NCBI GenBank assembly: GCA_019745975.1
Contig: JAIESQ010000011.1
Location: forward strand, 8,433-72,432
Direction of reading: 5' to 3'
From: Pirellulales bacterium
GTDB taxonomy: Bacteria > Planctomycetota > Planctomycetia > Pirellulales > JAEUIK01
Length of the DNA stretch: 64,000 nucleotides
Within the stretch, counting starts at the first letter, position 1. The number at the start of each line of letters is the position of its first letter. The notes under the pieces were generated by a model. The model searched no databases, was not told the DNA's origin, and was given only the letters and a program-made list of their open reading frames with translations. This document shows positions 9,448 through 18,752 of the stretch, in pieces. The translations under genes and the position numbers were made by a program.

Positions 9448-9586
9448 TTTGCAGTTCTGTTTTCGACCACAGCCCAGTAGTAGCCGCTTGCGGCCGTGGA
9501 TGTCACAATAGCCAGACCCGCACAAGCTGCCGGTGGTTTTGTCAGCCACAGCTTGCATTGAACCCACCAATCGGAGCTCGACCGCC

Positions 9587-10999
9587 GTGAGACTTCTTTC
9601 GCCTGCTTGCCAGAATCTGATCGCGTCTTGGTTGGTTGCTGCACTCGCGTTGCTCGTTGTCAGTCGCCCGGCGCTGGCTGCTCGGCCCGCGACCGTCGCG
9701 CCGGCCGACGCGCTAGCAGCCTACGTCGCCAAGGCCGACGACAGCTATCGCTGGGAGAAGCGGCAGGAGCGCGAACTGTCGGGGGTGAAGTTCGTCGAGC
9801 TGCGCCTCGTGTCGCAAACGTGGAAGGACATCGTCTGGAAGCATCAGCTTTGGATCGCGCGGCCCGCCGAAGTGGCCGATGCCTCGCAAGGGGTGCTGGT
9901 GATCTCGGGGGGCGGCTGGAACGACGAGCTCGACAAGCCGGTCGATCCAGCCAAGGCGTCTGAAGCCAAGTTGCCGGGCGAAGCGGCACTGTTAGCCCAA
10001 GTGGTGCGGCAGGTGAAGGCCCCGGTGGCACTGTTGTCGCACGTGCCCTTTCAGCCAGTGTTCGATGGGATGACCGAGGACGAAATCATCGCGTACACCT
10101 TCGAGCAGTATTTGAAAACGCGCGACCCTGAATGGCCGCTGTTGTTGCCGATGGTCAAAGCGGCGGTGCGGGCGATGGACGCCACGCAGGAATTCACCAA
10201 GAAGGAATGGCAGCTCGATGTCAAAAACTTCACGGTCACCGGCGCGTCAAAGCGCGGCTGGACCACCTGGTTGACCGGCGCGGTCGATCCGCGGGCGACT
10301 GCCATCGCGCCGATTGTGATCGACATGCTCAATGGCCCGGCGCAAATGAAGAACCAGATCGCCAGTTGGGGCAAGTATTCGGAGCAGATCGAGGACTACA
10401 CGCGCCGCGGCATTCAGCAACAGATGGACACGCCAGCGGGCCACGAGCTGAGCGCGATGGTCGATCCCTACAGCTATCGCCACAAGCTAGTGCAGCCGAA
10501 GCTGCTGGTGATGGGGACGAACGATCCGTACTGGTGCCTCGACGCCTGCAATTTCTATTGGGGCGATCTGAAAGGTGAGAAGCACCTGCTCTATGTACCG
10601 AACAAAGGGCACGGGGTCGACGATTTTGGGCGGCTGCTGGGGACGATTGGCGCCTTCCATCGTCAGGCCGCCGGCCAGTTCAAGCTTCCCGATTTGAAGT
10701 GGGACTACGATTCGAGCGACGAGAAGACCACGCTCACGATGACGTCGGACGTTTCGCCGCAGAAGGTCCAAGTTTGGCTGGCCACGGCGCCGACCAAAGA
10801 CTTCCGCGAATCGAAGTGGGTGTCGCAGGATGTGGCGGCCGCCGATGGCCGGTTCGTGCACGAGCTGACGGTCCCCAGCGTCGGCTATGCGGCGATCATT
10901 GGCGAGGCGGTTTATCGCGTCGATGGCCCGCCGTTCTACCTGTCGACGAACGTGCGGATCGTCGGCGGACCGAAATCGGACGAGGCGGGCGGGAAGTAG
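9587..10999 (+). CDS. PqaA-like (PhoPQ-activated pathogenicity-related) alpha/beta hydrolase
   Basis: SQTW, GASKRGWTTW, VDPYSY, GTNDPYW, PNKGH motifs; signal peptide; start uncertain (9533 or 9587). Confidence 0.88.
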   Translation: MRLLSPACQNLIASWLVAALALLVVSRPALAARPATVAPADALAAYVAKADDSYRWEKRQERELSGVKFVELRLVSQTWKDIVWKHQLWIARPAEVADASQGVLVISGGGWNDELDKPVDPAKASEAKLPGEAALLAQVVRQVKAPVALLSHVPFQPVFDGMTEDEIIAYTFEQYLKTRDPEWPLLLPMVKAAVRAMDATQEFTKKEWQLDVKNFTVTGASKRGWTTWLTGAVDPRATAIAPIVIDMLNGPAQMKNQIASWGKYSEQIEDYTRRGIQQQMDTPAGHELSAMVDPYSYRHKLVQPKLLVMGTNDPYWCLDACNFYWGDLKGEKHLLYVPNKGHGVDDFGRLLGTIGAFHRQAAGQFKLPDLKWDYDSSDEKTTLTMTSDVSPQKVQVWLATAPTKDFRESKWVSQDVAAADGRFVHELTVPSVGYAAIIGEAVYRVDGPPFYLSTNVRIVGGPKSDEAGGK

Positions 11000-11055
11000 A
11001 CTGGAATTGGACACGGCTTGTGCCAAGCGATCGATCATTCGCACCTGGAAACAAT

Positions 11056-11331
11056 ATGATCCAACGCGTTGACGCCATCTTTGAGAACGGGGTCTTTCGA
11101 CCCGAGCAGCCCGTGCACGTGCCCGACGGCCAGCGCGTGTCGTTAAGCATCGAGACGCCGGTTGACAGCGCGGACGATCTAAGCGACATCACCGATTTGC
11201 TGGATCACGACTTCATGGAGTTCTGCAAAACGCATGTCGCGCCGCCCGGCCTGAGCGAGGCGCGCGCGATTCTGAGCAAGTTCAAGGGCTCGCTTGCGGA
11301 TTTCATTTCCGAGGAGCGCAGCGAGCGATAA
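11056..11331 (+). CDS. Antitoxin, DUF104/AF2212-like
   Basis: VDAIFENGVFRP N-terminus; C-terminal SLADFISEER; directly upstream of a PIN gene. Confidence 0.85.
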   Translation: MIQRVDAIFENGVFRPEQPVHVPDGQRVSLSIETPVDSADDLSDITDLLDHDFMEFCKTHVAPPGLSEARAILSKFKGSLADFISEERSER

Positions 11332-11332
11332 G

Positions 11333-11788
11333 ATGGCTCGTTACTTTCTGGACTCTAGCGCGCTGGTCAAGCAATATCACGACGAGAGTGGTTCCAGAAA
11401 AGTGGCGCAGCTTTTCGCCGACCAGGGCAACCGGTTTCTTGTTTCGCGGTTGGCGCTAGTGGAAGTTCGTTCGAGTTTCGCGCGACTCGTTCGCGTGGGT
11501 GTTTTGACAACTGCAGATTTCGCGCGGCTTGCTGCTCAGTTGGAGAGTGATGTGTCTGCAAAGATCTTGGTTGTCGCGGCGCTAAGCAGCCAACGGCTTC
11601 GCGATGCGTCGGAGCTGCTCGGCACCCATGGTCTTACAAAGAGTTTACGCACGCTCGACGCCATCCATCTGGCCACTGCGCAATCGTTGCATCAACGGAC
11701 TCGTCTGGCCGCTTTCGTTGCAGCAGACAAGAAGCTACTTGCGGTCGCGGGCGATGCATGTGGCCTTGCAATCGTCGACGTGAGTTGA
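11333..11788 (+). CDS. vapC: VapC/PIN-domain toxin
   Basis: YFLDSSALVK, LRTLDAIHLATA, AADKKL PIN motifs. Confidence 0.9.
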   Translation: MARYFLDSSALVKQYHDESGSRKVAQLFADQGNRFLVSRLALVEVRSSFARLVRVGVLTTADFARLAAQLESDVSAKILVVAALSSQRLRDASELLGTHGLTKSLRTLDAIHLATAQSLHQRTRLAAFVAADKKLLAVAGDACGLAIVDVS

Positions 11789-11806
11789 GCGGAACGGAGA
11801 ACTGAC

Positions 11807-12520
11807 ATGGCGCACTGGCAAAACCGCAGCGAGCCCGCCTGGGAGGGCTTCGAGTTCAAGCAGCCTTATGCGAAGGGGCTCAAGCGGCTGCGCGAGGAAG
11901 TGCTCGCCAAGACCGATTTCGATCCGGCCACGCTCTGGCAATGGGGGACCATGCAAGCGATGGCGGTGATCGGCATCTTGAAGCGCTGTGAGCGCGAGTT
12001 CGGACAGCGTGGACAAGAGGTCGTGGCCCAATCGCTCTACGACGTCGGCCACGACGTGGGGCAACAAATACTCGCCGGCACCAGCAAGCCCGAAGGAATG
12101 ACGGCGACCGAGTTCGTCAGCTTCTACGCGACGGTGATCAACCGCATCGCCTACGCGTCGCTCGAAGCGCCGCGGATCGACGGCCCCGACCAGGCCAGCT
12201 TCGACATCCTTTGGTGCCCTCACCAGGATCACTATCAGGCGTTCGATTGCCGGGTGCAGCGGTATTTTGTCGAAGGGATGATCGCCGCGGCCCAGGAATA
12301 CGCGGCCGAGGCGGGCTTCGATGTGCGGTTCGACAGCACGATCCCGGCCGGCGCGCCGACGTGCCACTTCACGATGTGGCTGCGCCAGGAGCAGGAGGGC
12401 GCCGCCGACAAGTCCGGCACTGCGGATGAACGCACCGCCTGGCGGCAGATGACCGCGGCGATCGACGCCAAAGCGCTGGAGATCGCGGCCCGGGAGAAGC
12501 GCTCGGCACATTCGCTGTAG
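11807..12520 (+). CDS. Hypothetical protein, ATC-hydrolase/V4R-like fold
   Basis: WCPH...DC...TIPAGAPTCHF cysteine pattern; GGAG RBS. Confidence 0.55.
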   Translation: MAHWQNRSEPAWEGFEFKQPYAKGLKRLREEVLAKTDFDPATLWQWGTMQAMAVIGILKRCEREFGQRGQEVVAQSLYDVGHDVGQQILAGTSKPEGMTATEFVSFYATVINRIAYASLEAPRIDGPDQASFDILWCPHQDHYQAFDCRVQRYFVEGMIAAAQEYAAEAGFDVRFDSTIPAGAPTCHFTMWLRQEQEGAADKSGTADERTAWRQMTAAIDAKALEIAAREKRSAHSL

Positions 12521-12556
12521 ACCAAAGTTTTCCTGCGCCTGATTATGTGACCGTCG

Positions 12557-12633
12557 GTGTGCCACTGCTTCGCAGAAGCAGTGCAATCATGCCGCACGAG
12601 CACTGCTTGCCGCGAGGGCAAGCAGTGGCACAC
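12557..12633. repeat. REP family B doublet
   Basis: GTGTGCCACTGCTTCGCAGAAGCAGTG ... CACTGCTTGCCGCGAGGGCAAGCAGTGGCACAC between convergent genes. Confidence 0.9.
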
Positions 12634-12665
12634 GGACATACACCACCCGGGCAGGGTGCCGCGCG

Positions 12666-13532
12666 CTACGGCACGACCACCGCTTCGCCACCATCGACGG
12701 TCATGAGAGCGTCGACCCGCTGCGAGCTGGTGATGTCCGGTATCGTTTGCACGCTGGCATCCCCCATCAGCGCGTGCCAGCCGCTAGGGTGATTGCTGAA
12801 GGGGGGGCTGTTGGCGGCTCCCGAACCGGCAGTAGGTTCGTCGCGCGGCTCAAGCCAGTTGATTTGCGAGCCGGAGTATTCCATCACGGCGATGGTGTTC
12901 GACAGGCCATCGGTGACTTCGGGAAGCCTGCGCGCGTTGGCGCCAGGGAACATGCGGTCGGGGCCGACCGCCGCGACGTAGCTCGTGTGGTTGGTGAACT
13001 GGTCGGCATCGGTCGGGCAGGTGTACTCTTGCGGCATCTGGTCGGCGAGCGCCATGTTCGCGGGGCTATCCCACGGCTCGTCGAAGTCGTACTGATCGTA
13101 GACGTGCTGATAGCCGAGTTGCGGCAGAATGAGGACCCGCCAACTGTGCATCGGCTGGCCGTCTTCGTCGGGAATGTACGCCGGGGGAAAGCAATCATGC
13201 TGTGCTTGATAGGAATGCAAGGCCACGCCGATCTGTCTGAGGTTGTTCTGGCACTGCGCCTTGCGGCCGGCCTCGCGGGCTGCGTTGACAGCCGGCAATA
13301 GCAGCATCGCTAACGCGCCCATGCAGATGAGCAGGATCACAATAACTCCGCCCAGGATGAGGGCGATCATCAGGGCGCTGGACTTTGACGGGGCAGCGGC
13401 GACTGCCGCGCTGTGCGCGCCATGGACGGTGATCGGCTGCCCGCAACTGGCACACGCTCCGGTGCGCCCGATGAACTGGTCGGCGACGAGCGTCTGCGCA
13501 CCGCAATGCGGACAGATGAAATTGACCGGCAT
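12666..13532 (-). CDS. DUF1559 domain protein with N-terminal zinc ribbon
   Basis: CPHC...CASC, TM helix, LLPAVNAAREA...CQNNLRQIG, HSWRV, DGLSNT, HPSG...MGDASV. Confidence 0.9.
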   Translation of the reverse strand: MPVNFICPHCGAQTLVADQFIGRTGACASCGQPITVHGAHSAAVAAAPSKSSALMIALILGGVIVILLICMGALAMLLLPAVNAAREAGRKAQCQNNLRQIGVALHSYQAQHDCFPPAYIPDEDGQPMHSWRVLILPQLGYQHVYDQYDFDEPWDSPANMALADQMPQEYTCPTDADQFTNHTSYVAAVGPDRMFPGANARRLPEVTDGLSNTIAVMEYSGSQINWLEPRDEPTAGSGAANSPPFSNHPSGWHALMGDASVQTIPDITSSQRVDALMTVDGGEAVVVP

Positions 13533-13763
13533 GCTGCACCCCTCAGTGAAGAATGGTTGACCGCACCAGCGCCAAGCGCCGCCTCCGACGGCACGGTGGC
13601 CGCATCTTAGCGGATTGCCGGCGATTTGCGACTGGCTGGCGGATTCTCGCAATTGCCAGTCGCGAGCCATAGAAGCATGGCGTTTCGCGGCAACTTGACC
13701 ATAATTTAGCGAGGGCCGCCGGGCCGCGAATCCGCTCCTGCTCGCACAAGGAAGGAACGATCC

Positions 13764-16700
13764 TTGAGGATTACCCGATCTACGTTGCCGCTCTTGATGT
13801 TCTGCTTCGTTGCGCCGCTCAGGGTGCTGGCCGGCGCGCCCGGGCAGCTTGAGCTCAAGCCCGGCGATCACGTGGCGATCATCGGCAACACGCTGGCCGA
13901 GCGATTGCAGCACGATGGCTGGTTCGAGGCGCGTTTGCACGCCCGCTATCCGCAGCACCAGCTTTCGATCCGTAACCTGGGCTTCTCGGGGGACGAATTG
14001 AAGCTGCGGTTGCGCTCGCAGGATTTCGGCAGCCCCGACGACTGGCTCACGCGCGTGGCCGCCGATGTCGTGCTGGCGATGTTCGGCCATGGCGAGTCGT
14101 ATGCTGGCGAGGCAGGCCTGGCGGCGTTCAAGGCCGATCTGGCCGAGTTCATTACCCATACGCTGGGTCAGAAGTACAACGGACGTACCGCGCCGCGGCT
14201 AGCGATCATTGGCCCGCTGGCGTTCGAAAAGTTAGGCGACATCAACCTGCCCGACGGCGCGGCCGACAACGAGCGTCGGATTCTGTACACGGCCGCGATG
14301 GCCGAGGTGTGCCAGGCGCACAACGTTCCCTTTGTCGACTTATTTGCGCTCAGCCGCGCGGCGTACGAAGCTGAGCTGCGGCCGCTGACGATCAACGGCG
14401 TACATCTGACCGAGTACGGCAACCAGGTCATCTCGCGGGCGATCGCTAAGGAATTGTTTGGCGATCCCGAGGGCGCGGCGGCGGACGACGCCAAGCTTGA
14501 GCCGCTGCGGCAGGCAGTCGCCGACAAGAGCTTCGTCTGGTTCGAGCGCTACCGCACGGTCGACGGCTATTCGATCTATGGCGGTCGGGCCGACCTGAAG
14601 TTTGTCGCGGGGCAAACGAACCGCGTCGTTATGCAGCGTGAAATGGAAGTGCTCGACGCAATGACCGCCAATCGCGACGCGCGGATCTGGGCACTGGCGC
14701 GCGGCGAGAACCCGCCGCCAGTCGACGATTCGAACACGCCCGAGTTTATTCCCGTGGTCACGAACAAACCGGGCCGGCTCCCGGGGGGTAAGCACGAATT
14801 CCTCGATGGCGACGCGGCGATCGAGAAGATGACCGTGGCCGATGGGATGAAGGTCAACTTGTTCGCCTCGGAAAAGCAGTTCCCCGAATTGGTCAATCCC
14901 GTGCAGATGTCGTGGGACACCGCGGGCCGACTGTGGGTGGCCGTGTGGCCCACCTATCCGCACTGGAAGCCCAAGGAAGCGATGTGCGACAAGCTGCTGG
15001 TGCTGGAAGACAGCGACGGCGACGGCCGCGCCGATCGCTGCACGCACTTTGCCGACGATCTGAACTGCCCCACCGGATTCGAGTTCTACAACGGTGGCGT
15101 GTTGGTGGCCCAAGCGCCCTATCTAATGTTCTTGAAGGACACCGATGGCGACGGGCGGGCCGACTACCGCCAGCGGCTCGTGAGCAGCCTCGACTCGGCC
15201 GATACGCACCACGCGGCCAACAGCTTCGTGCTCGATCCCGGCGGCGCAGTCTACTTTCAGGAAGGGACGTTCCACCACACGCAGGTGGAAACTCCTTGGG
15301 GCCCGAATGTGCGGCTGGCCAACGCCGGCGTGTTCCGCTATGAGCCACGCGCGCAGAAGTTCGAGGTCTACGTCACCCACGGTTTCGCCAATCCTCACGG
15401 GCACGTCTTCGATCGTTGGGGGCAGGACATCGTGGTCGACGGCACAGGCTCGAACCCGTATCACGCGGCGCTCTTCTCGGGCCGGCTCGCATTTCCCGAA
15501 AAGCATCCTTCGCCGCCGCAGGTCTATCAACAGCGCACACGCCCTTGCCCCGGCATGGAGTACCTGAGCAGTCGGCACTTCCCCGACGCGATGCAAGGGC
15601 GATTGCTGGTCGGCAACGTGATCGGCTTCCAGGGGATATTGCAGTACGAAGTGTTCGACGAGGGCGCCAGCTTTGGGGCCAAGGAAGTCGAGCCGCTGTT
15701 GTCGTCGAGCGATCAGAACTTTCGTCCGTCGGATATCAAGATCGGGCCCGACGGCGCGATCTACTTTCTCGACTGGCACAACCCGATCATCGGCCACATG
15801 CAGCACAACTTGCGCGATCCCAGTCGCGATCGCGAGCATGGCCGCGTCTATCGAGTCACCTGCGAGGGGCGACCGCTGTCGCCGCCGACGATAATCGCCG
15901 GCGAGCCGATCCCCGCGCTGCTCGAATTGCTCAAATCGCGCGAGGAGCGCGTGCGCTACCGGGCCCGCATCGAGCTGGCATCGCGCGAGATCGGTCCCGT
16001 GCTGGCGGATGCCAACGCGTGGATTGCCGGGCTCGACCAGAGCGCTCCCGAACGCGAGCACCACCTGCTCGACGCACTGTGGCTGATGCAGTCGTTTAAC
16101 GTGGTGAATGTCGATCTGTTGAAGCGCGTACTGGCATCGCCTGACTTTCGCGCGCGGGCTGCGGCCACGCGCGTGCTCTGCTACCAGCGCGATCGCGTCT
16201 CCGACGCCTTGGAGATGCTTAAATCGCTGGCGGCCGACGCGCATCCCCGCGTGCGGCTCGAAGCGGTGCGCGCGGCCAGCTTCTTCCCGCTGGCCGAGGC
16301 GATCGAAGTGCCGCTCGTGGCATCGGAGCATCCCAGCGATCGCTTTCTGGCGTACGTGTCGGGCGAAACGATGAAGGCGTTGGCGCCGCACGTGCGCGAC
16401 GCCATCGCGGCCCGGCGACCGATTCGTTTTACAACGCCGGCCGGGGCACGCTACTTCCTGAAAAACGTCAGCAACGACGACCTGGTGAAGCTCGATCCCA
16501 CGCCGCAGGTATGGCGCGAAATGCTCTCGCGCGCGGGGATCCGCGACGAGGAGCGCCGCCGCGCCTTGCAGTCGCTGGCCGACGACCGGAAGGTAGCGCC
16601 ATCCGCGCTGCTACTGGAGATCATCGCTGATCTCGACGCCGCGCAGTCGCTGGCGGACGAAAGCGTGCTGTTCGACCTGGTGCGGCTCTTGACCGACCTG

Positions 16701-18731
16701 CCGGCCGGCGACCTGTCCGTGGCGCGCGATCGCATCGAGCAACTCACTACCGAGGGGAAGCGACCAGTCACGCGGCAACTGGCCTTCGTCGCGCTGGTGG
16801 CGGCCGATGGCGGCGCCGATCGCGTTTGGGAGAGCGCCTCGACCAAGGCGTCGGCCCTAACCGATCTGGTGAGTGCCGTCCCACTCATTCGCGATCCCAG
16901 TGGGCGAGCGGCGCTCTATCAGCGCCTGGAGTCGCTAGTAGCCGGTTTGCCACCGCAACTGGCCCCCAGTGCGACGACCGATCAGGAAATGCTCGGGCGA
17001 TTCGTGCGCGTGGACCTCCTCGGCCGGCAGCGCACCCTGACGCTCGCCGAGGTCGAAGTCTACAGCGAGGGGCGCAACGTCGCGCTCGATGGCCGCGCGT
17101 CGCAGAGCGACACCGCTCACGGTGGCGATGCAGCCCGCGGGATCGATGGCAATAGGTCAGGCGAGTATTCCGCAGGCGGGCAAACCCACACCAGCGAGAA
17201 CGCTCACAATCCCTGGTGGGAGGTCGATCTGGGGAGCGCACTGCCGATCGACAAGGTGGTGGTTTTCAATCGCACCGATGACAGTTTGGGCACGCGGCTC
17301 GAAGGTTTCGTGCTCAAGGTTCTCGACGCCGATCGCAAGACGATTTTCGAGAGCGGCAAGCTGTCGGCGCCGACGCCGCAGACTGAGATCGCCGTCGGCG
17401 GCACGTCGGTCGAGCGCACGATTCGCCGCGGCGCGATGTTGGCGCTGGCCAGCATTCGCGGTCAGGAAGGGCCGGCTTTCCGGGCGATCGCTCCACGTTT
17501 GACCGACGAGCGCGATCGTCCGGCGGCGCTGGCGGCGCTGCTGCGCATTCCGCCGCAGCATTGGCCGAAGGATGACGCGCCCGCCCTGGCCGATCAGGTT
17601 TTGGCGTATCTCGGCAGCTTGCCGGTCGAAGCCCGCACGAGCCCGGCGGCACTCGACGCCGTGCAGGTCGGCGACCAGTTGGCGGCACTGTTGCCTACGG
17701 ATCAGGCTGCGTCGCTGCGGCGCAAGCTGGGTGAGCTCGGCGTGCGGGTGCTGCGGTTGGGTACGGTCACCGATCAGATGCGCTACGATCAGGAGCAGCT
17801 CGTGGTCGCCGCCGGCCGGCCGATCGAGATTCTGCTGGAAAACACCGACCTGATGCCGCACAACCTGGTGATCGCGCAGCCCGGCTCGATGGAAGAGATC
17901 GGCAATCTGGCCGAGGCAGCGGCGACCGATCCTGGCGCGGTGGCCCGCAATTACGTGCCGTCCTCGGACAAGATCCTGCTGGCGAGCCGGCTGCTGCGCC
18001 CGCGCGAGTCGCAGCGGCTGCGCTGGACCGCGCCGACCGAGCCGGGCGTTTATCCCTATGTTTGCACCTATCCCGGGCATTGGCGGCGGATGTTCGGCAG
18101 CCTGTACGTGGTTGAGAATCTCGACGACTACCTGGCGGCCCCGGAGAAATACGTAGCCGAACATCGGTTGGCGCCGCGCGACGAACTGCTGAAGTTCAAC
18201 CGCCCGCGCACTGTGTGGACCGTCGACGATCTTTCGGAGTCGATCGCGCACCTGGCCGAGCGCTCGTTCGCGGGGGGCAAACGGATGTTCGAGGTCGCCA
18301 GTTGCGTGGCTTGCCACAAGCTCAATGGCAGCGGGCAGGAATTTGGCCCCGATCTGGCGAAGCTCGATGCCAAGTTGACGCCAGCCGATATTCTCCGCGC
18401 CGTGATCGAACCATCGCACAAGATCGACGACAAGTACACGATGTACACGTTTGAGCTCGACTCGGGCCAAACGCTCACCGCCATGATCGTAAAAGAAACC
18501 GCCGGCACGCTCGAGGTGATCGAGAATCCGCTGGCCAAAGTGCAACCAGTGGTCTTGAACAAGCAAGAAATCGTTGCCCGCGAGAAGTCGGCCGCCTCGA
18601 TCATGCCCAAGGGATTGCTCGACAAACTGACGCACGAAGAGATTCTCGACTTGTTGAGCTACGTGATCGCGCGCGGCGCTGCCGAACATACGGTGTTCCA
18701 GGGTGGCGGGCACGACCACGGCGGACACTAG
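13764..18731 (+). CDS. PVC-type multidomain heme-binding protein (SGNH-like, beta-propeller dehydrogenase-like, HEAT, F-type lectin-like, cupredoxin, cytochrome c)
   Basis: DSDGDGRAD repeats, MPHN...CTYPGHWRRM copper site, CVACH heme c, SIMPKGL. Confidence 0.9.
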   Translation: MRITRSTLPLLMFCFVAPLRVLAGAPGQLELKPGDHVAIIGNTLAERLQHDGWFEARLHARYPQHQLSIRNLGFSGDELKLRLRSQDFGSPDDWLTRVAADVVLAMFGHGESYAGEAGLAAFKADLAEFITHTLGQKYNGRTAPRLAIIGPLAFEKLGDINLPDGAADNERRILYTAAMAEVCQAHNVPFVDLFALSRAAYEAELRPLTINGVHLTEYGNQVISRAIAKELFGDPEGAAADDAKLEPLRQAVADKSFVWFERYRTVDGYSIYGGRADLKFVAGQTNRVVMQREMEVLDAMTANRDARIWALARGENPPPVDDSNTPEFIPVVTNKPGRLPGGKHEFLDGDAAIEKMTVADGMKVNLFASEKQFPELVNPVQMSWDTAGRLWVAVWPTYPHWKPKEAMCDKLLVLEDSDGDGRADRCTHFADDLNCPTGFEFYNGGVLVAQAPYLMFLKDTDGDGRADYRQRLVSSLDSADTHHAANSFVLDPGGAVYFQEGTFHHTQVETPWGPNVRLANAGVFRYEPRAQKFEVYVTHGFANPHGHVFDRWGQDIVVDGTGSNPYHAALFSGRLAFPEKHPSPPQVYQQRTRPCPGMEYLSSRHFPDAMQGRLLVGNVIGFQGILQYEVFDEGASFGAKEVEPLLSSSDQNFRPSDIKIGPDGAIYFLDWHNPIIGHMQHNLRDPSRDREHGRVYRVTCEGRPLSPPTIIAGEPIPALLELLKSREERVRYRARIELASREIGPVLADANAWIAGLDQSAPEREHHLLDALWLMQSFNVVNVDLLKRVLASPDFRARAAATRVLCYQRDRVSDALEMLKSLAADAHPRVRLEAVRAASFFPLAEAIEVPLVASEHPSDRFLAYVSGETMKALAPHVRDAIAARRPIRFTTPAGARYFLKNVSNDDLVKLDPTPQVWREMLSRAGIRDEERRRALQSLADDRKVAPSALLLEIIADLDAAQSLADESVLFDLVRLLTDLPAGDLSVARDRIEQLTTEGKRPVTRQLAFVALVAADGGADRVWESASTKASALTDLVSAVPLIRDPSGRAALYQRLESLVAGLPPQLAPSATTDQEMLGRFVRVDLLGRQRTLTLAEVEVYSEGRNVALDGRASQSDTAHGGDAARGIDGNRSGEYSAGGQTHTSENAHNPWWEVDLGSALPIDKVVVFNRTDDSLGTRLEGFVLKVLDADRKTIFESGKLSAPTPQTEIAVGGTSVERTIRRGAMLALASIRGQEGPAFRAIAPRLTDERDRPAALAALLRIPPQHWPKDDAPALADQVLAYLGSLPVEARTSPAALDAVQVGDQLAALLPTDQAASLRRKLGELGVRVLRLGTVTDQMRYDQEQLVVAAGRPIEILLENTDLMPHNLVIAQPGSMEEIGNLAEAAATDPGAVARNYVPSSDKILLASRLLRPRESQRLRWTAPTEPGVYPYVCTYPGHWRRMFGSLYVVENLDDYLAAPEKYVAEHRLAPRDELLKFNRPRTVWTVDDLSESIAHLAERSFAGGKRMFEVASCVACHKLNGSGQEFGPDLAKLDAKLTPADILRAVIEPSHKIDDKYTMYTFELDSGQTLTAMIVKETAGTLEVIENPLAKVQPVVLNKQEIVAREKSAASIMPKGLLDKLTHEEILDLLSYVIARGAAEHTVFQGGGHDHGGH

Positions 18732-18752
18732 TCCCCCGCGCGAGGAACATGG

